A stretch of 64,000 nucleotides of DNA from the human T2T-CHM13v2.0 reference genome, Homo sapiens, in the NCBI RefSeq assembly GCF_009914755.1, contig NC_060929.1. One strand, 5' to 3'. The notes under the pieces are model-generated. The model ran no database searches. It was not told the DNA's origin and saw nothing but the letters and a program-made list of their open reading frames with translations. Both the position numbers and the translations under genes were made by a program. Of the stretch, positions 26,088-41,799 are shown one piece after another; position 1 is the stretch's first letter; every line of letters begins with the position of its first letter.

Positions 26088-26759
26088 TTCATAGAAATAA
26101 AAAGAAACACATAAAAATGTATACAGTGATTATTTCAAAAGGGATAATTACAGGTGTCCCTTCCTGTATACTTTGGAATATGTTTTTATATATTCAGAAT
26201 ACTAATCCTTTCTGTTATTTCTATGCTATACAACATTTACACTTTTATGTAAAATTATATATGTGTGAAAATTGAATATAACATTTAAAACATAAAAATA
26301 ATTACAGAGGCACCCCAATTCTGGGAAATAATTTTTCAAAGTTGATTTTTTGTCTTTTTGTTTTGCACAGAGACTTTTCAAATTCATATGTATATTTTTT
26401 CATGTCACAAAAATGAAACTGCTTTGTAACTAATAGGTATTTCTTTGACAAAGTGCTGTGAAACTCCTCAGCAGTAATGTGGCCTCAGGGTCCCAAGTTT
26501 CCAAATAGTTTGAAGGGGTTAAAAAAACAGCAGTTTTAGACACAAGGAAGAAATATAACAGAATTTTCCACAAGGACTTAAGTTTTCATCATATATTACA
26601 TTGTTGACTTGAGGTATTAAGTTTACCTTTACACCAAAGTAGAATCAGAGTTCATACATTTGCCCATGTTTGCATTTCATCAGCATCTTTTTAGGCTTTG
26701 TTGTAGCACATAAGTGCATCCACAGGACTCAAGGACTCAATAAACACTACTTGACAACT

Positions 26760-27280
26760 CAGCTCCCCATCACCTGCAGGATAGATTGCAAACTCTTTAT
26801 CATGCCTACAAAGATACAAGGCCTTTCAGAGTCTTGCCTCTACTCAGTTGTACAGCCTCATCTCTGATTGTCAACGCTCTGGTCCTGCCACCCTGCACTA
26901 CCTATTATGGGAATGGACATTCACTGAGCAGAAATGCTTTGTCCACTGCATGAGGCTAATTCTCACAGGGCCACAAAACTCCCCTCAGATGTCACAGTTT
27001 CCAAGAAGTCTTCTTCCCTCCCTCTTCCCTGCAGGCCTCTATGTGTTCCTTCTCTCCACTCCTGCAGCTACAGGACTTTCCTCTTCAATTGCACTCACCA
27101 CACTGCATCTTAGCTATCTGTGTACTTATTGACCATTCCCTTCTAGAATGTTGGCAAGGGCAGAGATGTTTTTCTGTTTGGTATTGCTGTATTCTCAAGA
27201 CCTAGAAAAGTGCATAGAAGATACCCAATAAATGTTTGAATACTTGTATGCCTGAATGAATGAGAGAATGAATGATTGGA
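26760..27280 (+). mobile_element. L2 3' end
   Basis: caagggcagagatgttttt...caataaatgtttgaa...tgaatgaatga tail. Confidence 0.7.
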
Positions 27281-27439
27281 TGACTTCAGTGGGGAACTTG
27301 AGTATCTAAGCACAAGGTGCCTGGCAAAGGGCAGAAGTGGTGCCAAAAAGAAGGGGGCAGAAGAAGACAAGATATAGAGAGACCTAGTGATAAGGTGCTT
27401 GGTAAGATGGGAAGAGCATGGATTTGTCATATTTTGAGA

Positions 27440-27570
27440 AAGTTTCTCAGCTTGCACCTGTAAAATGGGATAATATATTCATTGGGTTGTTATGAGAATG
27501 GCTGAATTATAAATATATGAGTATACATGTAGAATGCCTTGCACATAGTAGGCATTCAGTAAAATGTTTG
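27440..27570 (+). mobile_element. MIR
   Basis: ctgtaaaatgggataat...gggttgttatgag...gcacatagtaggcattcagtaaa. Confidence 0.7.
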
Positions 27571-28778
27571 ACTTGTTCCTATCTCCTTACTCTACAATAT
27601 GGCCTAGGTGTTTCTATACCTATGAAAATCAATCACACATTTCTAGGGAAATAAATGCATTAGACAAATTATTTTTACTTTGATTTTTAAAAAGATAAGG
27701 CATGCTAGACAGCAACAATAATGAATGGAAGATGCCCAAACTCTTACCAGGTAAGTAATCATGGCCATAGGGAGATGTGGGTATGTAGCCTCTATTGAAA
27801 TGGGCCTTTCTTCAGAAGAGAGGGTTCCTCGGGAGTAAGTTTTGTACAGAATAGAATCATATATATTTTAATGGCGGGACAAAAAGGTATTCCCAGAGCG
27901 CAGGAAAACTTTTCTCTTATGGCTTTCATTATTCTTTAAATTGATGAGACAAAACAGATACAATATTAACTTCTGTCCTAGAGCCATTTGCCTAAATGTG
28001 TAGATGTCTAGGGCCAAAAATACATCCATTGATTTTGGAATTAGAATCTATTTATACGCATTTTAAACAGATATTTCTGGTCACCTTGAAGTACAGGTGC
28101 TTGTGTCAGGCTGGAGAGTTGGGGACACCAGTCTTGCTACACAACAAAAATAGATCTTCATCATTAGAGCAGCAATCTAGGATGGCTGCCCACCACCAGC
28201 CTGGTCCTGGTAGGCTGATGTCTCAGGGATGCTGACTAAGCATTTTTCAGAGCCAACTGCTGGGTCCACAAGGGCTTGCTCAGAGCCTCTCTGGCAGAAC
28301 AAGAAACTTCTCCACAGGAAAAAAGATTTTTGCAGCTAGAATAAATATTCCTACTGCCATATAGTATAGATCTACTACATATAGACCTACAACATATAGA
28401 TTCTGTAAAGTAACAATGAGCACAGCTTTTATTGGCCCCACAAAGGCCTATGAGTCCTATACCTGGGGGCAACATAATAAATAAACAGCCACAGGAGTGG
28501 TCATTGTCTTTGAATTGTTAGCTCACCTATCTGTGTACTGCATTTGCCATCACATGAGATTTCATCTGTTTTTTAGTCATTTTTTGTTTGTTTGTTTTAC
28601 TCTGCACATGTGAATATGTGTGACAGACTGTGCCAAATTCTGTTAAAATATTTATTGAACACCTATAATGTGCCAGACACCACTTTAGGCATTGAGGCAG
28701 AGCAGTGAAATAAAGAGACAAAAATTTTTGCTCTTATGAAGCTTAGATTCTAGCGGGGTAAAGAATTAAAATGTATAT

Positions 28779-29258
28779 TGACAGAGCAGGAGCATCACCA
28801 TCTTTCACAAGCACTGCCATTTTAAAATTCCCCTTGATCAAAAACTGCCTAAATCCAATCCAAAGGGCATCAGCCTAATGGCTAATGTCAGCATAACCAT
28901 AAACCACAAATGACATCTCCAACCAGAAACATTCCAACCCTAAAATGAACCCCTCCCTGACCAGAGATATGCCAGCCCCAAGATAACCTCTCCTATGACC
29001 AGAGAGATGTCAGCCCCCGGATAACCTCCCCTCCAACCAGAGACATTTCAACTCTGCAATAAACTTCTCCTCCACACTGAAACATTCCAAGCCTGTGATA
29101 AGTTCTCCCACCCTGAACTCTTAAATACTCTTAGTCGGTGAGAGCGCTCCTGACTGAAATTGGTCAGAAGTCCCTCTCAGGCTTATCCTCCAAAATAAAC
29201 CTGTCTTTGACTGTTGAGTCACTCTTCATGTTTCTTTCCTCTTTCTTTAACTCTTACA
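28779..29258 (+). mobile_element. ERV1-class solo LTR (MER72/MER83-like; family uncertain) with internal ~37-bp repeats
   Basis: TG...CA termini, TATAT direct repeat on both sides, TATA-like ttaaata, AATAAA near 29193, repeated ccagag...cagccc...gataacctc units. Confidence 0.8.
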
Positions 29259-30414
29259 TATATTAGATAGGTAAAATACTCAGAGGGAAATAGTAACAGG
29301 AAGTATATGTGTCATATGAAAGGAAACAGTGGTTTTAGATAGCCGGGGAAGGGCTGTCTGAGAAAGTGATATTTGAGTAAAGTCGAGAAGCAAGAAAGGG
29401 GGTAAAGAGGAAAGATCTAGGGAAAGTGCATTTAAACAGAGGCAACAGCAAGGTCAACTGCCCTGAGGCAAGGGCCTGCCAGTGTACTCAAAGAATCATA
29501 AGGGGGCCACCATGGCTGGAGGAGAGTAAGCAAGGGAAAAAGTAGCAGGAGATGGCATCAGCAGCTACGGGAGGACCCTGTCTCGTCGCCTCAGAAGGTT
29601 TTGCAGATCTTAGAAAAGTTTTGCCCTTTACTCTGAGCGAGATGGAAAATCTTCAGTCTTAACTTTGACCTTATTGACTATTTTGTTGAAAATAATTTAT
29701 GAGAGGGGGCAAGATTGGTTTTAGAAAGCCATTGCAATAAGAAATGCATTAGAAAGCCATTGCAATCTTCCAGGGGAGAAAGAATGATGCCTTGGGCTAG
29801 CATAATGGTGGCTTGGACTAGCAGAGGAAACAGCTAGAAACTTCCCAATTCTGAATATATTTTAAAGGTGGGGTAAACAAGTAGGATATGAGAGAAAGAG
29901 AGGGGTGAAGAAGGATTCCAAAGTTTGGGGCTTGAGCAGACTAGAAAAAGCCTATTGCCATTTACTGCAATGGAAAACACTATATAGGGAGCAGCTTTTA
30001 GGGGAAGGGGATTTGAGGGAACATCAGCTTATAGCCATTAGGTTAGGGGAGATCATCAAGGTAGCGAGTGCAGAAGTCCAAGGATTGAGCTCTAGGGCAC
30101 GTCAACATTCAGAGGTAGAGGAGGGGTTTCCAAGGATGCGGGATTTTCAGGAAAGGTCTAGGCAACTGAGATGATGGATCAACCACTCAGAAGTCAGGGA
30201 GATGAGCGAGAAATCCATGCAAAGCAGTAGCAGAAAAGTGGGAGAGAAGTAAAGGAAGAGTATCAGGGAGAAGACAGCTGTCAACTCTGTCAAATGCTGA
30301 TAAGGGGGCAAGTAAGATGAGGGCTGAGAATTAACCACTGGATTTACTGATAAACAGGTTAGAGGGGATCTTGACAAGAGCAGCATCAATGGAAGTTACA
30401 AGGGATAGATAGAA

Positions 30415-30785
30415 AGCCTCTACCTAGTGGCTCAGCATCAGGAGATTCTCTAGGAGTTCTTTAAGAAGTATTCCAAGCACCTCTTAATTAAAGGCATCGA
30501 TTGTGCTGAGGTCACTGAGAAATGTAAGGAGAAATATAAATATTTAAAAAAAAAAAAAAAGCCCCTGTCCTCAAGAAACTTAATCTCTCCATGGGGGAGA
30601 AAGTGAGCCCACAGCTGACTCTAAATCAAAGCAGCCAGGGCTACATTATATGGTCAAACAGCGTCATCATCCTGTGCTTCTCACACTTCCTCAGACTTTC
30701 TTGACTAAACCAAACCCTGATTAAATCCATCTCTCTGCTTACTCCCGCCCGTATCTGTACTGCAGAACATGGCCGAGAAAACACT
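30415..30785 (+). repeat. Left arm of inverted duplication (partner 32066-32420)
   Basis: 30603-30660 equals the reverse complement of 32191-32248 at 57/58 nt; flanks homologous at lower identity. Confidence 0.9.
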
Positions 30786-30795
30786 GGTTCAAGAG

Positions 30796-31458
30796 TGTCT
30801 TTGTCTACTTGGGTTACCCTAACAAAATATCAAACAGGCTGGCTCAAACAACAAAAATTAATTTTCTCACAGTTCTGGAGGCCTAGAAGTCCAAAATCAA
30901 AGCACTGGCAGATTTGTTTCCTGGTGAGGCCCTCTTCCTGGCTTGCAGACCCTGTGTCTTCACATGGCAGAGGGATAGCGATCTCTCTTTCTCCCTCCTT
31001 ATTTTTATTATATTTTTGAGACAGGGTCTTGCTCTGTTGCCCAGGAGAGAGTGTAGTGGCACAATCATAGCTCACTGCAGCTTTGACCTCCCAGGCTCAA
31101 GCGATCCTCCCACCTCAGACTCAGCTGGGACTATAGGCACTCGCTGCCACCATGCCCGGCTAAATTTTAAATATTTTATAGAGATGAGGTCTCACTATGT
31201 TGTCCAGGCTGGTCTTGAACTCCTGGGCTCAAGTGATCCTCCTGCCTCAGCCTCCTAAAGTGCTAGGATTATAGGCATGAGGGTGAGCCATGATGCTCAG
31301 CCTCTTCCTCCTCCTCAGGCCACAATTCTGTCAGACTGGGACCCCACCCTATGATCTCATTTAAATGCGATTACCTCCAAAAGACCATATCTCCACATTG
31401 GGGGTTAGGGCTTCCACGTAAGAATCAGAGGGGGCAGGACACAATTCAGACCATAGCA
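30796..31458 (-). mobile_element. MLT1A0-like solo LTR carrying an AluJ
   Basis: TG...attcagaccatagCA termini; perfect 5-bp TSD AAGAG (30791-30795, 31459-31463). Confidence 0.85.
31000..31302 (-). mobile_element. AluJ
   Basis: gagacagggtcttgctctgttgccc...atcatagctcactgcagc...ctcaagcgatcctccc (AluJ-type features). Confidence 0.9.
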
Positions 31459-32065
31459 AAGAGAGAAACTATGAAGAGAAAAATATAAACAGCATTTCAG
31501 GGAATGTTCTTGTGCAGAAAAGGAACAAATTGAGTGGTAGCTGGAAGGGGATATATTATAGGATCAAGAGAAAGTTGTTTATTTGTTTTAAGGTGAGTGG
31601 GAGAAATAAATGTATGTTTGCACACCAATGAGAATGAGCCAATAAAGAGGGCAGAGGGGAAAATCCCTGGAGCAATGTCTTTGAATAGTTGAGAGGGAGT
31701 GAGATCTGAGGACCACTGGGGCATTGGCCCTGAAGAGGAGCACAGATGGTTCATCTGCTGAACAGGAGGAGGCAGAATATATGGACATGGGTGCACGTAG
31801 GTCACGGATAGATGTGGAGGTGGGGGTGGAGCTTGTCAAAATTTCCTTCCGATTATTTCTGTTTAATTGGGGAAGTAAAACGGAAAGGTCAGCAGGTGAC
31901 AGGGTTGTTGATGGCAGTTTGAGGTCAGAGGAAAAGGCATGAGAGTCATCTAGGCAAGTAGGAGAGTGATGAACTAAGGAAATCTGATACTATAATTGCC
32001 AGGAAGCATTAAGGACCCACTTAAGGTTTGTGGTCATAAATTTTGAGACCAGTCAACATGGTTGC

Positions 32066-32420
32066 ATGTTTTCTCCCAGCCATGTTCTGCTGCAAAAATA
32101 CAGGCAGAGTGAGCAGACAGATGGATTTAGCCTGGGTTTGGTTTAGCCAAGAAAGTTTGAGGAAGCTTGAGAAGCACAGGATGATGGAAGTGTTTGACCA
32201 TATAATGTAGCCCTGGCTGCCTTGATTTAGAGTCAGCTGTGGGCTCACCCCTCTCCCCTACAGAGAAATGAAGTTTCTTGAGAAAAGGAGACTTTCAACA
32301 TTTTCTTAATGTTCCCAGAACAATCAATGCCTTAAATTAGGAGGTGCTGAGAATTGTTCTTCAATAAATGGTTCTAGAAATCTTAGAGAATTCCGTTGAT
32401 GCTGAGTTAGTGGTAGAGGT
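32066..32420 (-). repeat. Right arm of inverted duplication (partner 30415-30785)
   Basis: Reverse-complement homology to the left arm throughout. Confidence 0.9.
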
Positions 32421-32649
32421 TCCTAGAATGAGATTTGTGGTAATGGGAGACGGGCCAGATCCACGCACTAGGAGAGAGGCTGGGGCCGTTCAGAAATAGT
32501 GCATGGAAACTGGCCTCTGGCTCCTTTCACAGGCTGGATCTTTCACGGCTAAAGTACAAAGTCTTTCATTTATTCATTTAACAGCTATTGAGTCCCTGCT
32601 AAGAAACCCACCTAGAAAATTCAATAAAACAGACATGGTTAGACCTAAG

Positions 32650-32905
32650 AGAACATGAGCTAAGATTTATTGAGTGCTTACTGTGCTCTAGCCCATGTTT
32701 TAACAGCTTTACATATCTGATTAATTTCTATAATATTATATTGTTACAGAATCATTAATATTGTGCTATTATCATCATCCCATTCTATAGGTGGAAAGCA
32801 GGATTATATCATTTTGCAAGACTATCCAGCTGGTAAGCAGCAGAGAGGAGAGTTGAATTTGGTAGTCTGTTGCCAGAGAACATGTTTCTAACTATTTTAC
32901 CACAT
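32650..32905 (-). mobile_element. MIR
   Basis: atttattgagtgcttactgtgc...catcccattctataggtggaa... Confidence 0.65.
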
Positions 32906-33094
32906 GATCCATATTATCTCCCTCAAGACTAGAGAAATCAGTCACTCAGCTTGAGGGGAATGAAAATATACCCTGCCTCAAAAATACCCCATTAACTGAA
33001 ATAGCAACCCTAGTCTCTCCACTGGGTTCAAACACAGAATGGAAGAGAATGGAAGTCAAAGCCCTACACTTGAGTGGAATTCGGTGTGATGCAT

Positions 33095-33305
33095 CCCGGG
33101 AGGAATGGTACACAAGACTAAGGGTCAGCAGGCCTGAGGTCTACTCAGTCAGAGTTTTACTAGTTTCTTCAGTGAGTCACTTGACTTCTCTCAACCTCCT
33201 TGTATTCTTATTTGTAAAATCAGGATATTCACACCTGTGCAGCCTCACCTGTAAGAATGATGAGGTGAAACATGAAGAACATCGCCTAAATATTAAGTGC
33301 TAAAC
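33095..33305 (+). mobile_element. MIR
   Basis: gagtcacttgacttctctcaacctc...tttgtaaaatcaggatatt. Confidence 0.6.
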
Positions 33306-34289
33306 ACATTAGAGATTACTAGAAGGCCAGAGCAGATAAAATCAGAATAGCACAAGGAAAGGTGAGGAGCCCTAAGGGAGACCCAAAGGACACCCTAAGA
33401 GCTCTTGAGACAACAGGTAGGAGGTTAGGCAAAAGTAAGAAAGAAATAAAAGAGAGTCGAGGAGGACACAGCCTGCCAATGACAACTGGCTGCTTTGGCC
33501 CATGACTAGTTAAGGCCGGTTCAACAGAGGACACCCAGGGTACTGGCTGTCAGTGGCCCAAATACAGTTATGTATTGCTTTACAAAGGTCAAACAATGGA
33601 CAGATTCTGAGAACTCTGTCAAGTGATTTCATCATTGTGTGAATGTCATAGAGTGCACTTATACAAACCTGCATGGTATAGTCTACCAAACACCTAGGCT
33701 ATATGGTATAGCCTATTGCTTCTAGGCTACAAACCTGTACAGCATGTGACTGTACCAAATACTGAAGGCAATTGCAACACAAAGGTAAGTATGTATGTAT
33801 CTAAAGATAGAAAACGTAGAGTAAAAATATGGTATAAAAGATAAAAAATGACCTACCTGTGTAGGGCACATATCATGAATGGAGCTTGCAGGACTGGAAG
33901 TTGCTCTGGGTGAGTCAGTGTATGAGTGATGAGTGAGATGAGTGAATGTGAAGGCCTAGGACTTTACTGTACCCTACGGTAGGCTTTATAAACACTGTAC
34001 ACTTAGGCTATATTACATTTATTTAAAACCTTTGCTTTCTTTAATAATAAATTAACCTTAGCTTACTATAATTTTTTACTTAACATTTTAAGTTTTAACT
34101 CTCTTGTAATAACACATAGCTTAAAACACAAATACATTATAGAGCTGTACAAAAAATTTTTCATCCTTTATATCCTAGCTTTTTTCTATTTTTAAAATTT
34201 TATGTTTTCTAATTTTTAAACATTTTTGTTAAAAGCTAAGACACACACACATTAGCCTAGGCCTATACTGTCTTCCATTTCTTGTCCCA

Positions 34290-37243
<2,954 letters not shown>

Positions 37244-37928
37244 AATGATAACAAGTATACTGTAGTAAATACATAAACCAGTAACATAGTTGTTTATGAT
37301 CATTAGCAACTATTATGTACTGTACAGCATTGCATGTGCTATACCTTTATACAACTGGCAGTTCAGCAAGTTTGTTTACACCAGTATCACCACAAACACA
37401 TGAGTAATGCATTGCACTGCAATGTTATGATGGCTACAACATCACTAGATAATAGGAATTTTTCCACTCCACTAAAATCTTATGGGACCACCATCATATA
37501 TGCAGTTGGTCATTGACAGTGCCTCACTGTACACTCCTTGTGTGAGTTAAAAATAGGTGCCGCTTTCTCAAAACCCTTTACTTCCATGTCAGAAAATTAT
37601 CCTGACTTTCTTTGGTAAAATGAGATATTTTCTTGATATATGCCTGAAAAATTACTGTAACAAATATGAAAATCTACAGTGTTACCATGAGTGCCCCAGA
37701 GGGTTGTGTAGTGCACAACACATAGCGTTTCTGTCTGATGACCTTCAACACTGACTATCCCCCATCACTGACCACCATGTCAGGATTATGTCTTTAGATC
37801 TATATTAAATATACTATAGTATAAGGCCACTTTAAAGATTGAAATTGAACATTTTTAATTTCTGTGCTTTTATTAGCCCTAGATTAGAAAAGATATATGA
37901 AGATTATTGACTTCTGAGAAGGATTTTA

Positions 37929-38288
<360 letters not shown>

Positions 38289-38578
38289 AGAATACCATAG
38301 TCTGGGCATTTATTTGGCTCATGGTTCCAGAGGCTGGGAAGTCCAAGATTGAGAGGATACATCTTTATATTACATCATAACATAGCAAGAAGGGAAATAA
38401 GAATGCAAGACAGAAAGAGAGAAACTAAGCCAAACTCATCCTTTCTATCAGGAGCCCACTCCTATGATAACTAACTCATTCCCACAATAAGGGCTTTAAT
38501 TCATTCATTAGGAGAGAGCCCTCATGACCTAATCACTTCTTAAAGCCTCCACTTCCTAATACTATTAGAATGGCAATA

Positions 38579-38891
<313 letters not shown>

Positions 38892-39194
38892 TCAACATGA
38901 GTTTTGGTGGAGAGATTCAAACCAGAGCAGACATTAATAATATACATATATATTATGTGCATTGTTATGTTAAAATTGAATAGCCATTTATGTTTAGAGA
39001 ACAAACCTACCAAAATTGTCCATTTTAGTAGGGCCCATTTTTCTAACCAAATACCATGGATTAAAAGCTGAATTTAAGAAGAGAAAGAATCTTAAAAAGT
39101 TGTTAAGCAAGGTTAAATCTAGTTTTTCTTTCTCACACAGACTCTGCTTGTGACTGTTTCTTGGATAATTGGCACCTTGTGAAATAATCGCTAA

Positions 39195-39435
39195 TAATAG
39201 TTATCTTTTAGTGGATTCCTGGCACCGCCCTCAGCTGAGCGCTGTAAGTATATTATTACATTTAATCCTCTCAACCATCTTATGGGATCGATATTATTAG
39301 CTCATTTCACAGAGGAGAAAGTTGAGGCTTAAAGAGGTGATGTAATTTTGTCCAAACTAAACAGCTGGTAGGTTGAGGAGTCAGGGTTCCAATCCACTCT
39401 CTCAGAATCTGTAGCCACCTGCTCTTAGTCACTGC
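39195..39435 (-). mobile_element. MIR
   Basis: tttaatcctctcaacc...catttcacagaggagaaagttgaggcttaaagaggtga. Confidence 0.75.
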
Positions 39436-40169
39436 TGTGTGTCAGTCTCCCTTGGCACTAGATACAATGGTGATTAGGGTAGCATAATGAGCCTTTTGGA
39501 CTGCTTGCAAACCATGAACTACTGCATCTTTGAGTTTTAAGGGCTTAGCTTAGGACTAGGGGATATGCATGGAAGCCCAAATCATAGGTGTCCTTTATCT
39601 GTGGGATCAAAGTTTGTCACTCAGCATCCTGAACATTGTGTGCCTTTAAACAAGGCAAATCTGATACCATAATTTGGACAACAACTTAGCCAAAGCATCA
39701 TTTCTGTATATGGAGGCCAAGTAGTACTAACAAACATGCAAATTCTAATTTTAAAACTCAGACAAACATTTTACAGCTAAAACAATCCACCCCCTTTTGG
39801 CTAAATAACTGAACAAAATTTCCCCTACAAAGGCAAAGTTCAATATTTTCATTTCTGTAAAACTCTGACCCATGTCACTTTTCATCAGTGCTGCACTATC
39901 TGTGAAGTCCCCTTCTAACCTAGAAGAGTTAGCTTCCTCCCTAACATACTTGGAGAAAGATTTGGGCATACCGCAGCATTTCATTTCCTCTTTGTCTAGC
40001 TTGATGATAACTCGTCACTTTTCAAACTGTGAAGATGAAATCAGGAGAAGAGTGTGAAATATCAGTATAACAATGGCCACTTCCCACCCCATGAGACAAA
40101 GAAGTGAAAGGCTTAGTGATTTGTATGATGATGAGCACTACAGAAAACATTCAAAGCTTCTAAATCCCA

Positions 40170-40291
40170 GGGATTTCCTGACTTCAGTTGTGAGGGCCAG
40201 CCACACTGACATCATAGATCCTTCCTGCAGTCACAATGCTACTAAGTCACCCTTGGGAAGAGGCCCCAGAAACAGGAAGACCTTAGTTAGG
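40170..40291 (+). promoter_or_regulatory. FAM81B: Putative CpG-poor proximal promoter / 5' UTR of FAM81B
   Basis: Immediately upstream of the first ATG; CRE-like octamers TGACTTCA (40179) and TGACATCA (40207). The TSS cannot be fixed from sequence. Confidence 0.4.
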
Positions 40292-40415
40292 ATGCAATTA
40301 CAATTCCTTGGTACATTGGCTTCCTCAGAAAAAAGAAAAAAATCACAGAGATTGTTTTTCAAAAATATCAAATCTACAAAAAATAAAGCTGGAAAAGCAA
40401 GCATCATGAGTTCAG
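40292..40415 (+). CDS. FAM81B: FAM81B coding exon 1 (MQLQFLGTLASSEKRKKSQRLFFKNIKSTKNKAGKASIMSS)
   Basis: Recognised N-terminus; ATG at 40292; donor CAG|GTACTT at 40416; 124 nt, phase 1; second in-frame ATG at 40406. Confidence 0.88.
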
Positions 40416-40545
40416 GTACTTATGGACTATTCGAGGTCTCTAAATTTCTCCTACTTCACTATCTTTCTTCTGTTTCTTATTACATATAAACAAAATAATG
40501 AATCCCAATGAAGACCCTCAGAAGGCTTGGGCACAACAGAGTAAT

Positions 40546-41413
40546 AACTTAAACAAATGTACAAGAAAAAAAAACCCCATCAAAAAGTGGGCAAAGGATG
40601 TGAACAGACACTTCTCAAAAGAAGACATTTATGCAGCCAAAACATACGAGAAAAAGCTCATCATCACTTGTCATTACAGAAATGCAAATCAAAACTACAA
40701 TGAGATACCATCTCATGCCAGTTAGAATAGTAACCATTAAAAAGTCAGGAAACAACAGATGCTGGGGAGGATGTGGAGAAATAGGAACGCTTTTATACTG
40801 TTGGTGGGAGTGTAAATTAGTTCAACCATGTGGAAGACAGTGAGGTGATTCCTCAAGGATCTAGAACTAGAAATACCATTTGATCCAGCAATCCCATTAA
40901 TGGGTATATACCCAAAGGACTATAAATCATTCTACTATAAAGACACATGCACACGTATGTTTATTGCAGCACTGTTCACAATAGCAAAGACTTGGAACCA
41001 ACCCAAATGCCCATCAATGATAGACTGGATAAAGAAAATGCCGCACATATACACCATGGAATACTATGCAGCCATAAAAAAGGATGAGTTCATGTCCCTT
41101 TGCAGGGACATGGATGAAGCTGGAAACCATCATTCTCAGCAAACTAACACAGGAACGGAAAACCAAACACCACATGTTCTCACTCACAAGTGGGAGTTGA
41201 ACAATGAGAACACATGGACACAGGGAGGGGAACATCACACACTGGGGCCTGTTGGGGGTTGGGGGCTAGAGGAGGGATAGTATTAGGAGAAATACCTAAT
41301 GTAGATGATGGGCTGATGGGTGCAGCAAACCACCATGGCACGTGTATACCTACGTAACAAACCTGCATGTTCTGCACGTGTATCCCAGGACTTAAAGTAT
41401 AATTTAAAAAAAA
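40546..41413 (+). mobile_element. 5'-truncated L1PA (L1PA7/8-like) in FAM81B intron 1, sense orientation
   Basis: ORF2 C-terminal fragments (40498-40725, 40631-40843, 40900-41280) and 3' UTR ending cttaaagtataatttaaaaaaaa. Confidence 0.92.
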
Positions 41414-41695
41414 TACATTCCTGATTATTTTAGAGCTGTCTGATCCTAAAAAAGTTTCTAAAGGTCTTATAGAAGTATCTGTAAAGAAATGCTCTTCTAG
41501 CTAACTATAGATGTTATGGGGGGATGGGGGAGAATTGGGATAAGTGAGGAGAGGGGAAATGTAAAGCAAATTGAAAGCCTCCCTTTAAGCCAAGCTATAT
41601 GTACAGAAACTGCCCTCAATTAAAAAAAAATTAGCAGCACTGCAAAAATTCACTTGTCATAGTTCCTGACCTGATTCAGCATTCTGGTTACCTAG

Positions 41696-41799
41696 ATACA
41701 AATGTAAACAAAAGTGCCTCTCCAACTGCGACTGCAGAGGAACAGCCAGTTGAACCTGATGGCCCCCTTCCTGGCTCAGACAATAACCAAGAAAAGAAA
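41696..41799 (+). CDS. FAM81B: FAM81B coding exon 2 ((D)TNVNKSASPTATAEEQPVEPDGPLPGSDNNQEKK)
   Basis: Acceptor cctAG|AT; 104 nt; in frame with exons 1 and 3 only if the GC donor AAA|GCAAGT is used. Confidence 0.88.

Larger units (their letters stand above)
28640..32165 (-). mobile_element. Long L2 (L2a-like), interrupted by an ERV1 LTR, an inverted duplication, and MLT1A0+AluJ
   Basis: aatatttattgaacacctataatgtgccagacacc 3' end at 28645; collinear L2 segments at 29265-30410, ~30785-30795 and 31460-32165. Confidence 0.75.
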
